From NCBI GenBank assembly GCA_947174235.1, contig CAMWID010000002.1, positions 62,833 through 126,832 on the forward strand: 64,000 nucleotides of DNA. Direction: 5' to 3'. Source of the DNA: an uncultured Porphyromonadaceae bacterium (GTDB lineage: Bacteria; Bacteroidota; Bacteroidia; Bacteroidales; Muribaculaceae). Both the position numbers and the translations under genes were made by a program. This document shows positions 47,601-57,473 of the stretch, piece by piece. Positions within the stretch are counted from its first letter, which is position 1, and each line of letters opens with the position of its first letter. The notes beneath the pieces are model-generated. The model saw only the letters and a program-made list of their open reading frames with translations. It was not told the DNA's origin and ran no database searches.

Positions 47601-47673
47601 GGATCCTGAAAACCCCAACTGGGCATACCCGATCCCTACATCAGTTTCTTTCGGTCTTCAACTCGACTTCTAA
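44551..47673 (+). CDS. susC: SusC-like TonB-dependent transporter, fructan module 2 (resembles the BT1763 lineage)
   Basis: ALQGKVPGMTVTANGSPSG, plug motifs, DPENPNWAYPIP...GLQLDF; BT1763 similarity from recall, unverified. Confidence 0.95.
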   Translation: MKKEILSALMILFTAVMMQAQEITVQGKVISRVDDEPLIGATVRCVDSNKGTATDIEGGFTINVPEGALLTVSYVGYKTVEVKAEPEMTIYLDEDTGLLDELVVVGYQTMKKADLTGAVSVVSTKSLETSSDSDPMRALQGKVPGMTVTANGSPSGTGSVRIRGIGSFNASQDPLFVIDGVPTTATLNSLNMNDIESMQVLKDAASASIYGSRAANGVIIITTKKGKNSGSDKVNVSFSANFSTQFYSSQSKMKLLNTPEYATAMAQAALNDGLDPAAYASSYGLNLNATSGYPIKVYDIATGEYRNYKVNGYYDGYINNKRTMLMSNTDWLDEISRTGFSQHYDISVSKATEKGTSFFSLGYKKNEGILKYTNFENIAARINTSYNISKVVTVGENFTLTYTDQVDCQPLENALKMPSSIPVFEIDGTTYAGPVGSMADRQNPLRELAFNKDNALNVWRLFGNAYVDLKPVKGLLLRSNFGLDYDAAFIHSYNYTFHSDIVNNDTNSTTLSQANDAKWTWTNTANYNFTLNNDHNFIVLAGMEMFRQSRIDFSAYNENYDIETPDYMYPDASSGVERATGNKSAYALVSYFGKVDYNWKDLLLASFTIRHDGSSRFGSNNRYGTFPAATLGYRLSENINKSWLDDLKIRLSWGKTGNQAISNTARYALYIADYGNDRVTSTAYDLLLQQSGIFPSGYYASQTANPNLKWETTIQYNAGVDFGLFRNRLTGSVDAYIKDVKDMLIIPAYLGSMGEGGASWLNGPSLRNWGMEFQASWRDELACGLGYRASLNLDFFRNRVTYLPSTTTGSYVHTTTENLVQSKRPFGSIVGYVFDGLFQNQEEVLAYGQDNARVGGMRYADLNGDGKITADDQTWIFNPVPDLSFGLNVELNYKNFDFQMFWQGVLGQDVYNNQKFQNDFWSVTDAGSNKGVRVLDAWLPEVNTKSTIPMLTTNNKGDEGRASSYFVENGSYGKLRTLQIGYNLPSTVLERLRMSKARVYVSGQNLLTIKSSSLTCTDPENPNWAYPIPTSVSFGLQLDF

Positions 47674-47693
47674 TCCACAATTATCAGATTATC

Positions 47694-49433
47694 ATGAAAT
47701 CAATCAAACTTCAAATACTTTCCTCTTTGGTTGCCCTTGGCTTCACCGCCTGCAACGATTTTATCGATGTGCCGCCTACCGGAGTGATCGACGGAGATCT
47801 GGCATATTCACAGCCTGACAAAATGGTTAACGCGGCTTATGCCTCATTGGGCGATTGCTGGTATACCTATCCCTTCAACTTATGGCCATATGGCGACCTT
47901 TCTTCAGACGACTGTCTAAAGGGGGGCGGCGGCACGACCGACACCGGGTATCATCCGATGGAGATATGGTCTACCCTGACATCAACTCCGGGAGAACTCG
48001 ATGAGCTGTGGTACAGACTTTACTGCAATATATCCCGTTGCAACCGTGCATTGGTGGCGCTTGAGCAATACGGGGTGGAGAAACTTGGAGAGAAGACAGC
48101 CGCACAAAGGACCGGTGAAGTGCATTTCCTCCGTGGTCACAGCTACTTCAAACTCCTCACGATGTTCCGTCAGATACCCTGGGTGGACGAGGAAGTTTTC
48201 AAGAACAACTCGCAGGAACAGACAAGAAATGATGAATTTACATATGAAGAGCTTTTCCAAAAGGTGATTCATGAGTTTGAACTTGCTTACGAGGCTCTCC
48301 CGGAAGAAGTGACAGACGGTGGAGGTCGCGCAAATAAAATAGCTGCCGCGTCATATCTTGCGAAATGTTATCTTACGATAGCGTGGGGCGACGGCTACGA
48401 GGCCACCGACGGTGTGAATTTCATAAATAAGGAATATATGCAGAAAGTAGTGGACTATACGGATGATGTCGTTAGATCACGCTACGGTTATCTTTCTGAT
48501 TTCGGCGATATATTCCTTCCGGAATACAAGAACAGCGAGGAGTCGATCTTTGCGGTGCAGACCTCACAGTATACTGAAGACAATACCCGTTTCGGCAGGG
48601 CAAACTGGTCGAACATGCTTAACGGTTGCTGGGGAATGTGGTCGTGTGGCTGGGACTTTCATAAACCCTCTCAGAATCTTGTCAACGCATATAAGACACA
48701 AGATGGTCTTCCCATGTTTGATGACTATGACGCGAGCAACGCTTATCCTGTCAACGGAAATGTAAACTCACAGAAGTGGGATCCGAGACTTTTCCATACT
48801 GTGGGGATGCCATCATTCCCTTATAAGTATGAGTCGGAATATATGATGACCACCCAGAATTCAAGAACTCCCAACACCTACGGATTCTACACATCGCTCA
48901 AAGATGTGCCTCAGCGTAGCGGTGGAGAGACATTCGATGGTTCATGGCAGGCTTTCGCGATGAATGATTATGTGTTCCGTTACACAGATGTCATGCTTAT
49001 GAGAGCGGAGGCGCTTATTGAACTCGACCGTCTCGAGGAAGCCCGTACGATAATCAACGACATACGTCAGCGTGCCGCGGATTCTATCGACAAACATATT
49101 GCCTATGCAAAAGATTTCTGCCAGATCTCACTCTATCCCTCCACATATTTCACTGTCAAAGATACGGCGCGTGAATGTCTCCGCTGGGAACGCCGACTTG
49201 AGATGGCTATGGAGAGCAGCAGATATTTCGACCTGCGCCGCTGGGGTATAGCGTCTACCGTGCTTAACTCTTATTTCCAGAAGGAACAGAATTCAAGTTA
49301 TGACGGAGTGAGCTACGGACAGTATCTTCAGGACGCCTATTATACTCCGGGCAAAAATGAGTTTTATCCCATCCCGTATAATCAGTTGTATTATGTGCCG
49401 GGTCTTTATGTTCAGAATAAAGGATATAATTGA
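47694..49433 (+). CDS. susD: SusD-like lipoprotein, fructan module 2
   Basis: Lipobox FTAC; SDDCLKGG, DFHKPSQNLVNAY, DPRLFHTVGMP, ERRLEMAMESSRYFDL. Confidence 0.93.
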   Translation: MKSIKLQILSSLVALGFTACNDFIDVPPTGVIDGDLAYSQPDKMVNAAYASLGDCWYTYPFNLWPYGDLSSDDCLKGGGGTTDTGYHPMEIWSTLTSTPGELDELWYRLYCNISRCNRALVALEQYGVEKLGEKTAAQRTGEVHFLRGHSYFKLLTMFRQIPWVDEEVFKNNSQEQTRNDEFTYEELFQKVIHEFELAYEALPEEVTDGGGRANKIAAASYLAKCYLTIAWGDGYEATDGVNFINKEYMQKVVDYTDDVVRSRYGYLSDFGDIFLPEYKNSEESIFAVQTSQYTEDNTRFGRANWSNMLNGCWGMWSCGWDFHKPSQNLVNAYKTQDGLPMFDDYDASNAYPVNGNVNSQKWDPRLFHTVGMPSFPYKYESEYMMTTQNSRTPNTYGFYTSLKDVPQRSGGETFDGSWQAFAMNDYVFRYTDVMLMRAEALIELDRLEEARTIINDIRQRAADSIDKHIAYAKDFCQISLYPSTYFTVKDTARECLRWERRLEMAMESSRYFDLRRWGIASTVLNSYFQKEQNSSYDGVSYGQYLQDAYYTPGKNEFYPIPYNQLYYVPGLYVQNKGYN

Positions 49434-49455
49434 TCTATAGAAAATTTAGAATCAT

Positions 49456-50964
49456 ATGAAGACAAAATATAATTATATATCGGCATTGGCTGCCGGACTG
49501 ATAGCTGTCACCGGCTGTCAGGACAAAGACTATGAGATAAGTGACCCGATTATCGCTCCTGTGACGGAGGAGGCTCTGAAAGGGGAGCTTATAGATGACA
49601 ACTACGTGTGGAGCTGGACTCCGTCAGAAGGGAAAGCTATGCAGGTCACAGTATTGCGCGACGGGCAGATGCTTGGATCGGAAACTTCATCTACCGGTTC
49701 GTATGTACATCACGATGTGGAAACAAAAGTTCCATACACCTATATATTCAAACTGACAGACGGAAGCAATTTTTCAAAAGGTGTAATAAAATCCTATACC
49801 CGCAATGGGGCGGATCCGGTCAGCAATGTCACTCTTGCCCAGATCGAGAAAGAGAACGCTGCATACGACGCGCAGGTGGAATGGCAGACTTCGGGAGATG
49901 CCACGGAACAATTGTTTGTAGCCACTTCCGGTAGCAGAACCCTGTCGGAGACGTTGGCTCCGGGTATCGACAGCTATATCATCAGCAATGTGCTTGACGG
50001 AGAGGAGTGGAACGTGACGATCACGGCATCAAACGCTGACGGCAGGTCGCTTCCCGCCACCGGTTCGTTGAAGATAGGGAAGACCGCTATCGGATTCCTG
50101 AGTGAATATCCCACGGAGGAAGATCTGATCGCGGGAGGTGATGACGACGAGGCATGTGCGTGGCTCTGGCTTAAGAGCGAATATCCGGCGGCGTCTTATG
50201 TATATTTCGGAGATATCGCTTCCTCTAAAGACCTTGAACCATACCGGGTGCTGTTCTGGATCAGGGATCTGGAGAACCGTCCGGAAGATGATGTGTTTAA
50301 CATGCCCTCAGTGGTGAATGATGCGACACCGTTTGTTAAGGAGTGGTATGCCGCCGGTGGCAATCTGCTCCTCTGGAGCCATGCCACGGCATATGTCGGA
50401 ACTCTCGGAAGACTTGAGACGGATATGCTCCGTTCCAACGATCGTTCCATCGGATTGGGCAGCGGAGGCTGGAACGGCGATACATGGATGATGGCGGTGC
50501 AGCTTCATCCCGGCAGCCGCTTCAAGAAGGATTTCTCTACCCATCCCATCTACAAAGGTCTTGACATAACTGAAACAGACCGGACCAAACTTATCGCATT
50601 CAAGGGCGCTGGATGGACGGAAGATCATAACTGCCTTTATTTCAACATTCCATCTGTGCTGACAGGACTCGGTAATCAGGAGGAGGCATGTTATATCGCA
50701 CTGACACAGACATACGGCATATATCCTCTCGGCACTTGGGATTCACAGATAGATTGGGTTTCGCAGCTCAATGTCTGGGAGGCACGTCAAGGGAATACGG
50801 AATTCAAGGGAACAGTTCTCTGCATAGGCAACGGTGGTTGTGAGTTCTCTCTTAAAAATGCGGACGGCACGCCCGATATCTCAGCATATCCCAAGAACAA
50901 TCCATATCAGGGAAATGTGCTAAAACTTGCGAAAAATTCACTTGAGTATCTTAAAACACGATAA
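49456..50964 (+). CDS. SGBP lipoprotein with DUF4960-like C-terminal domain
   Basis: Lipobox VTGC; GDDDEACAWLW, EDHNCLY, NSLEYLK; shares motifs with SGBP1. Confidence 0.8.
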   Translation: MKTKYNYISALAAGLIAVTGCQDKDYEISDPIIAPVTEEALKGELIDDNYVWSWTPSEGKAMQVTVLRDGQMLGSETSSTGSYVHHDVETKVPYTYIFKLTDGSNFSKGVIKSYTRNGADPVSNVTLAQIEKENAAYDAQVEWQTSGDATEQLFVATSGSRTLSETLAPGIDSYIISNVLDGEEWNVTITASNADGRSLPATGSLKIGKTAIGFLSEYPTEEDLIAGGDDDEACAWLWLKSEYPAASYVYFGDIASSKDLEPYRVLFWIRDLENRPEDDVFNMPSVVNDATPFVKEWYAAGGNLLLWSHATAYVGTLGRLETDMLRSNDRSIGLGSGGWNGDTWMMAVQLHPGSRFKKDFSTHPIYKGLDITETDRTKLIAFKGAGWTEDHNCLYFNIPSVLTGLGNQEEACYIALTQTYGIYPLGTWDSQIDWVSQLNVWEARQGNTEFKGTVLCIGNGGCEFSLKNADGTPDISAYPKNNPYQGNVLKLAKNSLEYLKTR

Positions 50965-50976
50965 AGACGAATCTAA

Positions 50977-52497
50977 ATGAAATTATATGATGCAATATTG
51001 CTTGCGGTATTGTGTATCGGTGCTATTTCATGCGGAGACAGCAAGTTTGACCTCAAGCCGGAATCTCCTTCAATAACAGAAGATCCCGACACCCCTGTAG
51101 AGCCGGGCACGCCGTCTGAATCTAACAGAAATGAACAATATCGTCCGCAGATACATTTCACTCCGTTCAAGAACTGGATCAACGATCCCAACGGAATGGT
51201 GTATGTAGACGGTGTCTATCATCTGTATTATCAGTATAATCCTCAAGGAAACAGTTGGGGAAACCTCAGCTGGGGACATGCCACATCAACGGATCTCGTA
51301 CATTGGACCGAGCATAATGTGGCAATGACTCCCAATGAATGGGGCATGATATTCTCAGGAAGCGCGATTGTAGACAAAGATAATGCCGCAGGATTCGGCA
51401 AGGATGCCATACTCGCGTTTTATACCGGAGCCGATGCCCATCAGCAACAGTGTCTCGCCTATAGCACTGACGGCGGCATGACTTACACGCAATATGAAGG
51501 TAACCCTGTGATCACAAACACGGAACTGGGTGATTTCCGCGATCCGAAGGTGATATGGCATGAAGAGAGCAAGACATGGATAATGTTGCTTGCCCTCGGA
51601 TGGGATCACAAGATCGAGCTGTGGGGATCGAAGAATCTGAAAAACTGGGAAAAATATTCGACCTTCACCACGGATTGCGCGAGATCAAATATCGGGCAAT
51701 GGGAATGTCCCGACCTGTTGCGTATGCCTTATGAAGGTGGTGAGAAATGGGTAATGATAGTCAGCAATAATCCTGGAGGTCCAGCAGGAGGTTCGGGCAT
51801 TGAATATTTTGTAGGAGATTTCGATGGCAGGGAGTTCACCGCTATGGCTCTTGACTATCCATTGTGGCTTGATTATGGTTCAGACAACTATGCCGGAGTT
51901 ACCTGGAGCAATACCCCCGGAGGGCGGTATGTCATGATCGGATGGATGAACAATTGGAATTATTGCGGCGACGTGCCCTGTAGTCCATGGAGGTCCGCGA
52001 TGACACTTCCCAGAGAGCTGTCGCTTAAAAACGTGAACGGAAGTCCGCTGCTCGCAGCCCCGGTAATTAAAGAAATCGAGGTGATTGCCGGAGAGTGGGA
52101 GAATTCGGCTGACGGTTTTGTTGGAGAAGCGGACGCTTTTGAGGCGAAATTTGACGTAGACCTTACAGAAAACTCTGTTTTCCGTCTTGAAAACTCTTAC
52201 GGACAATATCTTGAGGTCGAGGTCAATGCGTCAGCCGGGAAGATGATCGTGAAACGTACTTCAACCACCGGTGAGACGGGATTCAACAATCTTTTCTCCG
52301 TGCCAAGTATCTCGGCTCCTTTCAACAGCGATGCCGACGTTATGGAACTGCATGTGTTTGTGGACAGGTCCTCAGTAGAGATCACCAGCGCTGACGGCAC
52401 CATGTGCATTACAAATATTGTTTTCCCACGAGAATCCTATAACCGGATTTCCGGTGTGGGGGCGATAAGTTTCAGGAAATTTAATTCGATATGGTGA
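50977..52497 (+). CDS. GH32 fructanase lipoprotein (surface-anchored)
   Basis: Lipobox AISC; WINDPNG, FRDPKV, WECPD, FVDRSSVE. Confidence 0.92.
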   Translation: MKLYDAILLAVLCIGAISCGDSKFDLKPESPSITEDPDTPVEPGTPSESNRNEQYRPQIHFTPFKNWINDPNGMVYVDGVYHLYYQYNPQGNSWGNLSWGHATSTDLVHWTEHNVAMTPNEWGMIFSGSAIVDKDNAAGFGKDAILAFYTGADAHQQQCLAYSTDGGMTYTQYEGNPVITNTELGDFRDPKVIWHEESKTWIMLLALGWDHKIELWGSKNLKNWEKYSTFTTDCARSNIGQWECPDLLRMPYEGGEKWVMIVSNNPGGPAGGSGIEYFVGDFDGREFTAMALDYPLWLDYGSDNYAGVTWSNTPGGRYVMIGWMNNWNYCGDVPCSPWRSAMTLPRELSLKNVNGSPLLAAPVIKEIEVIAGEWENSADGFVGEADAFEAKFDVDLTENSVFRLENSYGQYLEVEVNASAGKMIVKRTSTTGETGFNNLFSVPSISAPFNSDADVMELHVFVDRSSVEITSADGTMCITNIVFPRESYNRISGVGAISFRKFNSIW

Positions 52498-52536
52498 CAG
52501 CATAATCCTATCGGGTGATCATTGATTGAGAACAGG

Positions 52537-52569
52537 AGTCCGGATATCATGATGATGTCCGGACTTTTT
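52537..52569 (+). terminator. Terminator ending fructan module 2
   Basis: agtccggatatca-tga-tgatgtccggact then tttt. Confidence 0.8.
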
Positions 52570-52729
52570 CATTAGCCGGAGAAGCATATGTAATAATGTG
52601 GGCGATAGAGTGTTGGAGGAAGAGTCTGAGAATTGGTAGGGGAAACTGATTGAAATCTCGTGAATTTGGTTTATATTTGCGGCAGAATAGCAATAATCGC
52701 TTATAGTATTAATTTAAACCTGACAGAAC

Positions 52730-54121
52730 ATGAAATTTTTAAACCACGCCCGCAAGGCTTTGCTCGCGAGCGCTGCCATCATGTTGGGTGCGTCTGTATC
52801 TTACGGCGCCAACCTGAAGTATGTATTCTATTTTATCGGTGACGGTATGGGGAGTGCAGAGGTGACAAACGCCCAGCTGTTTAATAAGAAGGTTCTTGGC
52901 AACGATTCCCCGTTGCTTATGACCACTTTCCCTGTGGTTTCGCTCATCACCACTCATTCAGCCAGTTCGGATGTGACAGATTCCGCCGCCGCAGGTACTG
53001 CTCTCGCTACGGGGCACAAGACTAAAAACGGAATGCTCGGTATGGATGCCGACACTGTGGCTGTGACCTCGATAGCCCGAACATTGTTTGAGAACGGTTA
53101 CGGGGTGGGTCTTGTGACGACGGTAGCGATAGATGACGCGACTCCCGGCGCATTCTATGCTCATGTTCCCAACCGCAGGATGTTCTATGAAATAGGAAAA
53201 GAGCTTGCGGAATCCGGCTATCAGTTTGCCGCCGGGGCTTCATTGCGTGGCACAAAAGATAAAAATGGCAATGACAACGGTCTGATGGATCATTTCAAGA
53301 AAAATAACGTGGCGGTAAGTTACGGTCTTGACGGGATTGACAAGAAAGCTAAAAAGCAACTTGTGCTGAGTCCGTTTCACGCTGAAATGGACAATGAGGT
53401 GGGGCTTGCAATAGACTCTCTTGAGAATGCGCTTACTCTCCCTGAGATGACGCAGGCTTGTCTTGACCATCTTCTGCGCACATCTCCCGGACGTTTCTTC
53501 ATGATGGTGGAAGGAGGAAGCATAGATCATAACGGTCATAGCAATGACGGCGGAGCTTCTGTAAGGGAGACGATCAATTTTGACAATGCCTTGAAGATAG
53601 CCTATGATTTTTACCTCAAGCATCCCAATGAGACTCTCATCCTTGTTACTGCGGACCATGAGACCGGGGGAATGTCGGTAGGGTGTAAGACCACCGGATA
53701 CAGTGCGCGTCCTGAGGTTGCCCGCGCACAGAAGATTTCAAAAGACAAATTCAATGAGTATTGCAGAGATCTTGTGAAATCCGGCACTACGCCATCGTGG
53801 GAAGAGATGCAATCATTCCTCTCCGAAAAATTGGGATATGGATCAGCCGTGATACTCAGTGATGAGGAAATGAACGGATTGCGCGATGTATATGCCACAT
53901 CTTTTATGAAGAAAGAGCCATGGCGGTTTGTGGACAAGGCAATCTCTATTCTGAATGCCAAGAGCGGATTCGGATGGACCACCGGAGATCATACGGGACA
54001 TCCGGTGCCGGTTTATGCCATAGGTGTTGGGGCTGATAGATTTACTAATTTCAATGACAATACAGATCTGCCAAAGAAGATTTTGAAAATCACGGGAAAA
54101 ACACCGAAGTCACGTAAATGA
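52730..54121 (+). CDS. Alkaline phosphatase (PhoA family)
   Basis: FIGDGMG, VTDSAAAGTALATG (catalytic Ser), EGGSIDHNGH, TADHETGG, HTGHPVP. Confidence 0.93.
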   Translation: MKFLNHARKALLASAAIMLGASVSYGANLKYVFYFIGDGMGSAEVTNAQLFNKKVLGNDSPLLMTTFPVVSLITTHSASSDVTDSAAAGTALATGHKTKNGMLGMDADTVAVTSIARTLFENGYGVGLVTTVAIDDATPGAFYAHVPNRRMFYEIGKELAESGYQFAAGASLRGTKDKNGNDNGLMDHFKKNNVAVSYGLDGIDKKAKKQLVLSPFHAEMDNEVGLAIDSLENALTLPEMTQACLDHLLRTSPGRFFMMVEGGSIDHNGHSNDGGASVRETINFDNALKIAYDFYLKHPNETLILVTADHETGGMSVGCKTTGYSARPEVARAQKISKDKFNEYCRDLVKSGTTPSWEEMQSFLSEKLGYGSAVILSDEEMNGLRDVYATSFMKKEPWRFVDKAISILNAKSGFGWTTGDHTGHPVPVYAIGVGADRFTNFNDNTDLPKKILKITGKTPKSRK

Positions 54122-54144
54122 CATAAAGTGCGATTCCATAAAAA

Positions 54145-54198
54145 CATCCAATCACAAGAAGGGGGCTGTCAAGACAGCCCCCTTCTTGTGATTGGATG
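54145..54198. repeat. Perfect 26-bp inverted repeat with 2-nt centre (terminator or REP-like palindrome)
   Basis: catccaatcacaagaagggggctgtc-aa-gacagcccccttcttgtgattggatg between convergent genes. Confidence 0.9.
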
Positions 54199-54296
54199 AG
54201 ATTGCAATTCGGAAAGTGTACTCTTTAGCGCTTTCTATAAAATTTCGCGGTCGTAGGGTGGTGATCATAAGAGCGAGTCCTTGAATTTTAACACTC

Positions 54297-54566
54297 TTAC
54301 GAAAGGATTGCCAGGGGTCCGTCCACATATAACATCTCCGTACGTCTGGCGCAGGTCTCGCATGCAGGAAATACATAAACCTTATTATCCGACGAGAACG
54401 CCCGCCTTGCAATGGCACCCTCCGTAGCCGGACGGTCACATATTTCGTGTGCGCAACGGTCTGCCTTCAGACCGGTGGACTTTTCCCAATATTCGAGTCT
54501 TGAGGAGAATCCTTCCGGAGCAGGGGTTACAGACGCGCTCATCACGTTTTTCATCACGGTTGCCAT
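54297..54566 (-). CDS. Small Cys-rich hypothetical protein (89 aa), possible metal-binding
   Basis: YWEKSTG, CAHEIC, YVFPACETC; AT-rich upstream region; sits alone between two palindromes. Confidence 0.6.
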   Translation of the reverse strand: MATVMKNVMSASVTPAPEGFSSRLEYWEKSTGLKADRCAHEICDRPATEGAIARRAFSSDNKVYVFPACETCARRTEMLYVDGPLAILS

Positions 54567-54603
54567 AATATATTATCGATTGGTTTCTGTCAGTTACATG
54601 TAC

Positions 54604-54654
54604 ATAACAAAAATTCACTGAAAATGGATAGCATTATCAGTGAATTTTTGTTAT
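54604..54654. repeat. 18-bp perfect inverted repeat with 15-nt spacer (terminator of GH3 or operator of the small ORF)
   Basis: ataacaaaaattcactga (54604-54621) / tcagtgaatttttgttat (54637-54654). Confidence 0.8.
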
Positions 54655-54678
54655 ACGGTCCCTATTAATCGTTTGTTA

Positions 54679-57288
54679 TTAATTGATTGTGATCCGGAAT
54701 GATTTCAGTAGGTTGTCATCAGACGTACCGCCGTAGGACACCTCATAATCACCTTTCATGATCTCCATATTTCCTGTGACGGGATCGTATGTCTCGAAGG
54801 AAGCCGGGGTCAGGATAAACTCAACTGCTTTTTGTTCACCTGCCTTAAGATTGATTCTTTTGAATGCTTTCAAGGATTTTAATGGTCCGTCAGGATCGTT
54901 GAGATTACGGACGTATATCTGGACTACTTCGTCCCCGTCAAGTTTCCCTGTATTTCTTACGGGGATGGCGAACTTGAAATCATTTCCCGCCTTAATAGTG
55001 TTGTTCCTGAGTTTAATATTTCCGTAATCAAAGGATGTGTAGCTGAGACCGTGACCGAAAGGATAGAGAGGAGTCCCGTCGAAGAAACGGTATGTACGTC
55101 CCTTCATGGAGTAGTCCTCGAAATCGGGGAGATCGTTTGTCGAGGCATAGAATGTTATAGGGAGACGCCCTGCGGGATTGTAATCGCCGGCGATAACTTC
55201 AGCGAGTGCGGTTCCTCCCGCCTCACCGGGATAGAACGCATCTATTATGGCATCGCAATGGTCAGCCTGCCAAGGAATCGCCACTGCGCTTCCGGCACAC
55301 AATACAAACACAAGAGGTTTCCCTGTGTTTTTCAACGAACGCATCAATTCAGTCTGTACAGACGGAAGTTCTATGACTGTACGGTCTCCTTTACGGAATC
55401 CGGGGTAATCCACATCCATTTCCTCACCTTCGACAGCGGGAGACAGACCGCCGGCGAATATTATTACGTCAGCGTCTTTGACTTTGCTTATGATGGCGTC
55501 TGTGTCAAACTCTTCAAGATTTCCAATGTCGAATGTAAGGACTGCGCCGTCATAAGCCTGATAATAATCCAGAACTATGTCATATTGCTCTCCGGCGGTC
55601 ACGTCAATATCATACTTGCGGTTGTTGAACACTCCGTCATGCCATTCTGAAGCGATCTCTTTGCCGTTGACAGAAATCCTGAAGCCGTCGTCAGCGGAAA
55701 TGAATATCGTTTTCTTTCCTGTCTTTTCAGGAATATATGTTGTCTCGAAACGCGCGGAGAAATTTGTGAAAGGGACATCAGGGGCGAATGCGGTGGCTCC
55801 CTGTGCGCGGAAATTGAGAGGATTTGAATATTGCGCGACAGTCACAGGTTCACCTTTCATTTCAGGATTTGTCCAGAAAGATCCCCTCATACCTTTTTTC
55901 CCGTCGATGGAAAAATTGGCGAAATCACTTCCGGTCATGACCTTGTTGTCAACAAGGTTGCAACCTTTCTCATAAACAATGTCAGCTTCCGGAAACCGTT
56001 GCCTTATTCCATCCAGTATTGTGACGGTAGATTTCGGCTCTCCATTGTAGTTAGCCCACATCATGACGGAATCGTTGGCGTTGGGACCCAGGACAGCGAT
56101 TTTTCTGATATGCTTTCCAAGGGGAAGTACATTGCCATCGTTTTTCAACAGAGTCATTGATTTGCGAGCCATTTCGAGAGCCTGCGCCCGGTGGGCAGGA
56201 GCTCCGATAGTGTCAGGGGAAAAAGATGCCCACGGCGTCAGCATGTCATCGAAAAGATTTCCAAGCTGGAAACGGGCACGCAAAAGTCGATGTACGGAGA
56301 CATCGATATCCTCTTCTCTTATAAGACCCTCTTTAACGGCATCGACAAGAGTATGGAAAGCCCCGTCCACACATTCGAGGTCATTCCCGGTCAACACGGC
56401 GTCGGCGGCCGCATGTTTTGCGTCGGGATGAGTCAGATGGGCGCCCTTTCGGTAGAAATCGGAGATCGCTCCACAGTCGGAAACCACGACATCGTCATAT
56501 TTCCACACATCGCGCAGAATATGTTTGAGAAGAGTCTTGCTTGCGCAGCACGGTTCCCCTTCAAAACGGTTGTATGCGCACATCACCTCTTTTACACCTT
56601 CATCGCAGACAAGAGTCTTGAAAGCCGGAAGATATGTTTCCCAAAGGTCTTTTTTGTCGATATTTTCGGCATTATACTCATGTCTGTTCCATTCAGGTCC
56701 GCTATGCACGGCAAAATGCTTCGCGCAAGCGTGCAATTTGTTGTATCGTTGGTCGGGATCACCTTGTAACCCGCGCACCACAGCTGCCCCCATCACCGAA
56801 GTCAGATATGGATCCTCTCCGTAGGTCTCCATTCCACGTCCCCATCGGGGATCGCGGAAAATGTTGATGTTTGGTGTCCAGACAGTAAGCCCGCTGTATT
56901 GCGGACGCGTGCCGTTTTCCACTCCTTCGTTATATTTCGCGCGCTGTTCGGTTGAGACAATGTCAAAAGTGGTGAATACCGCATCTGGGTCGAAAGTCGC
57001 CGCCATGCCGATTGTCTGGGGAAAAACAGTGGCTACACCGGCGCGTGCCACACCATGAAGATCCTCGTTCCACCAGTTGTATTCAGGGATCCCGAGTCTG
57101 GGGATCGCCGGAGAATTATGTCTCATAAGCGACACTTTCTCTTCGAGTGTCAGACGTTTGAGAAGGTCGGAAGCGCGTTCGTCGGCAGAATAGGAGGGAT
57201 CTTTGAAGATTTCAGTCTGCGCGAAAATTCCAAGCGATCCCACAATGGACATCACTCCGGCGGCATAGATTTTGATTGAAAGATTCAT
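54679..57288 (-). CDS. GH3 glycosidase with PA14 insertion and FN3-like C-terminus (beta-xylosidase/beta-glucosidase type)
   Basis: Start trimmed to MNLSIK at 57288; RDPRWGRGMETYGEDP, CAKHFAVHSGPE, VVSDCGAI, FSARF/ADDGFR PA14, YPFGHGLSYT. Confidence 0.92.
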   Translation of the reverse strand: MNLSIKIYAAGVMSIVGSLGIFAQTEIFKDPSYSADERASDLLKRLTLEEKVSLMRHNSPAIPRLGIPEYNWWNEDLHGVARAGVATVFPQTIGMAATFDPDAVFTTFDIVSTEQRAKYNEGVENGTRPQYSGLTVWTPNINIFRDPRWGRGMETYGEDPYLTSVMGAAVVRGLQGDPDQRYNKLHACAKHFAVHSGPEWNRHEYNAENIDKKDLWETYLPAFKTLVCDEGVKEVMCAYNRFEGEPCCASKTLLKHILRDVWKYDDVVVSDCGAISDFYRKGAHLTHPDAKHAAADAVLTGNDLECVDGAFHTLVDAVKEGLIREEDIDVSVHRLLRARFQLGNLFDDMLTPWASFSPDTIGAPAHRAQALEMARKSMTLLKNDGNVLPLGKHIRKIAVLGPNANDSVMMWANYNGEPKSTVTILDGIRQRFPEADIVYEKGCNLVDNKVMTGSDFANFSIDGKKGMRGSFWTNPEMKGEPVTVAQYSNPLNFRAQGATAFAPDVPFTNFSARFETTYIPEKTGKKTIFISADDGFRISVNGKEIASEWHDGVFNNRKYDIDVTAGEQYDIVLDYYQAYDGAVLTFDIGNLEEFDTDAIISKVKDADVIIFAGGLSPAVEGEEMDVDYPGFRKGDRTVIELPSVQTELMRSLKNTGKPLVFVLCAGSAVAIPWQADHCDAIIDAFYPGEAGGTALAEVIAGDYNPAGRLPITFYASTNDLPDFEDYSMKGRTYRFFDGTPLYPFGHGLSYTSFDYGNIKLRNNTIKAGNDFKFAIPVRNTGKLDGDEVVQIYVRNLNDPDGPLKSLKAFKRINLKAGEQKAVEFILTPASFETYDPVTGNMEIMKGDYEVSYGGTSDDNLLKSFRITIN

Positions 57289-57386
57289 TAGGATGATAAA
57301 TAGGTTATTATTGTATTTGGCTATTTTTTCAGGTTGGCAGGGTTGATGAAATGTCTGCCTGCTATTCATATGCAAATATAAGCAAA

Positions 57387-57416
57387 AATCGGTGAAAGAT
57401 TTATCTTTCACCGATT
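57387..57416 (-). terminator. Terminator of the lysC-lysA operon
   Basis: aatcggtgaaagat-tt-atctttcaccgatt perfect 14-bp IR, T-run on the minus strand. Confidence 0.75.
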
Positions 57417-57473
57417 AAAAATAATTTGTCGTCATTATTTATAGCCAATTGCCGATAACCTTCCGGGTATCGA

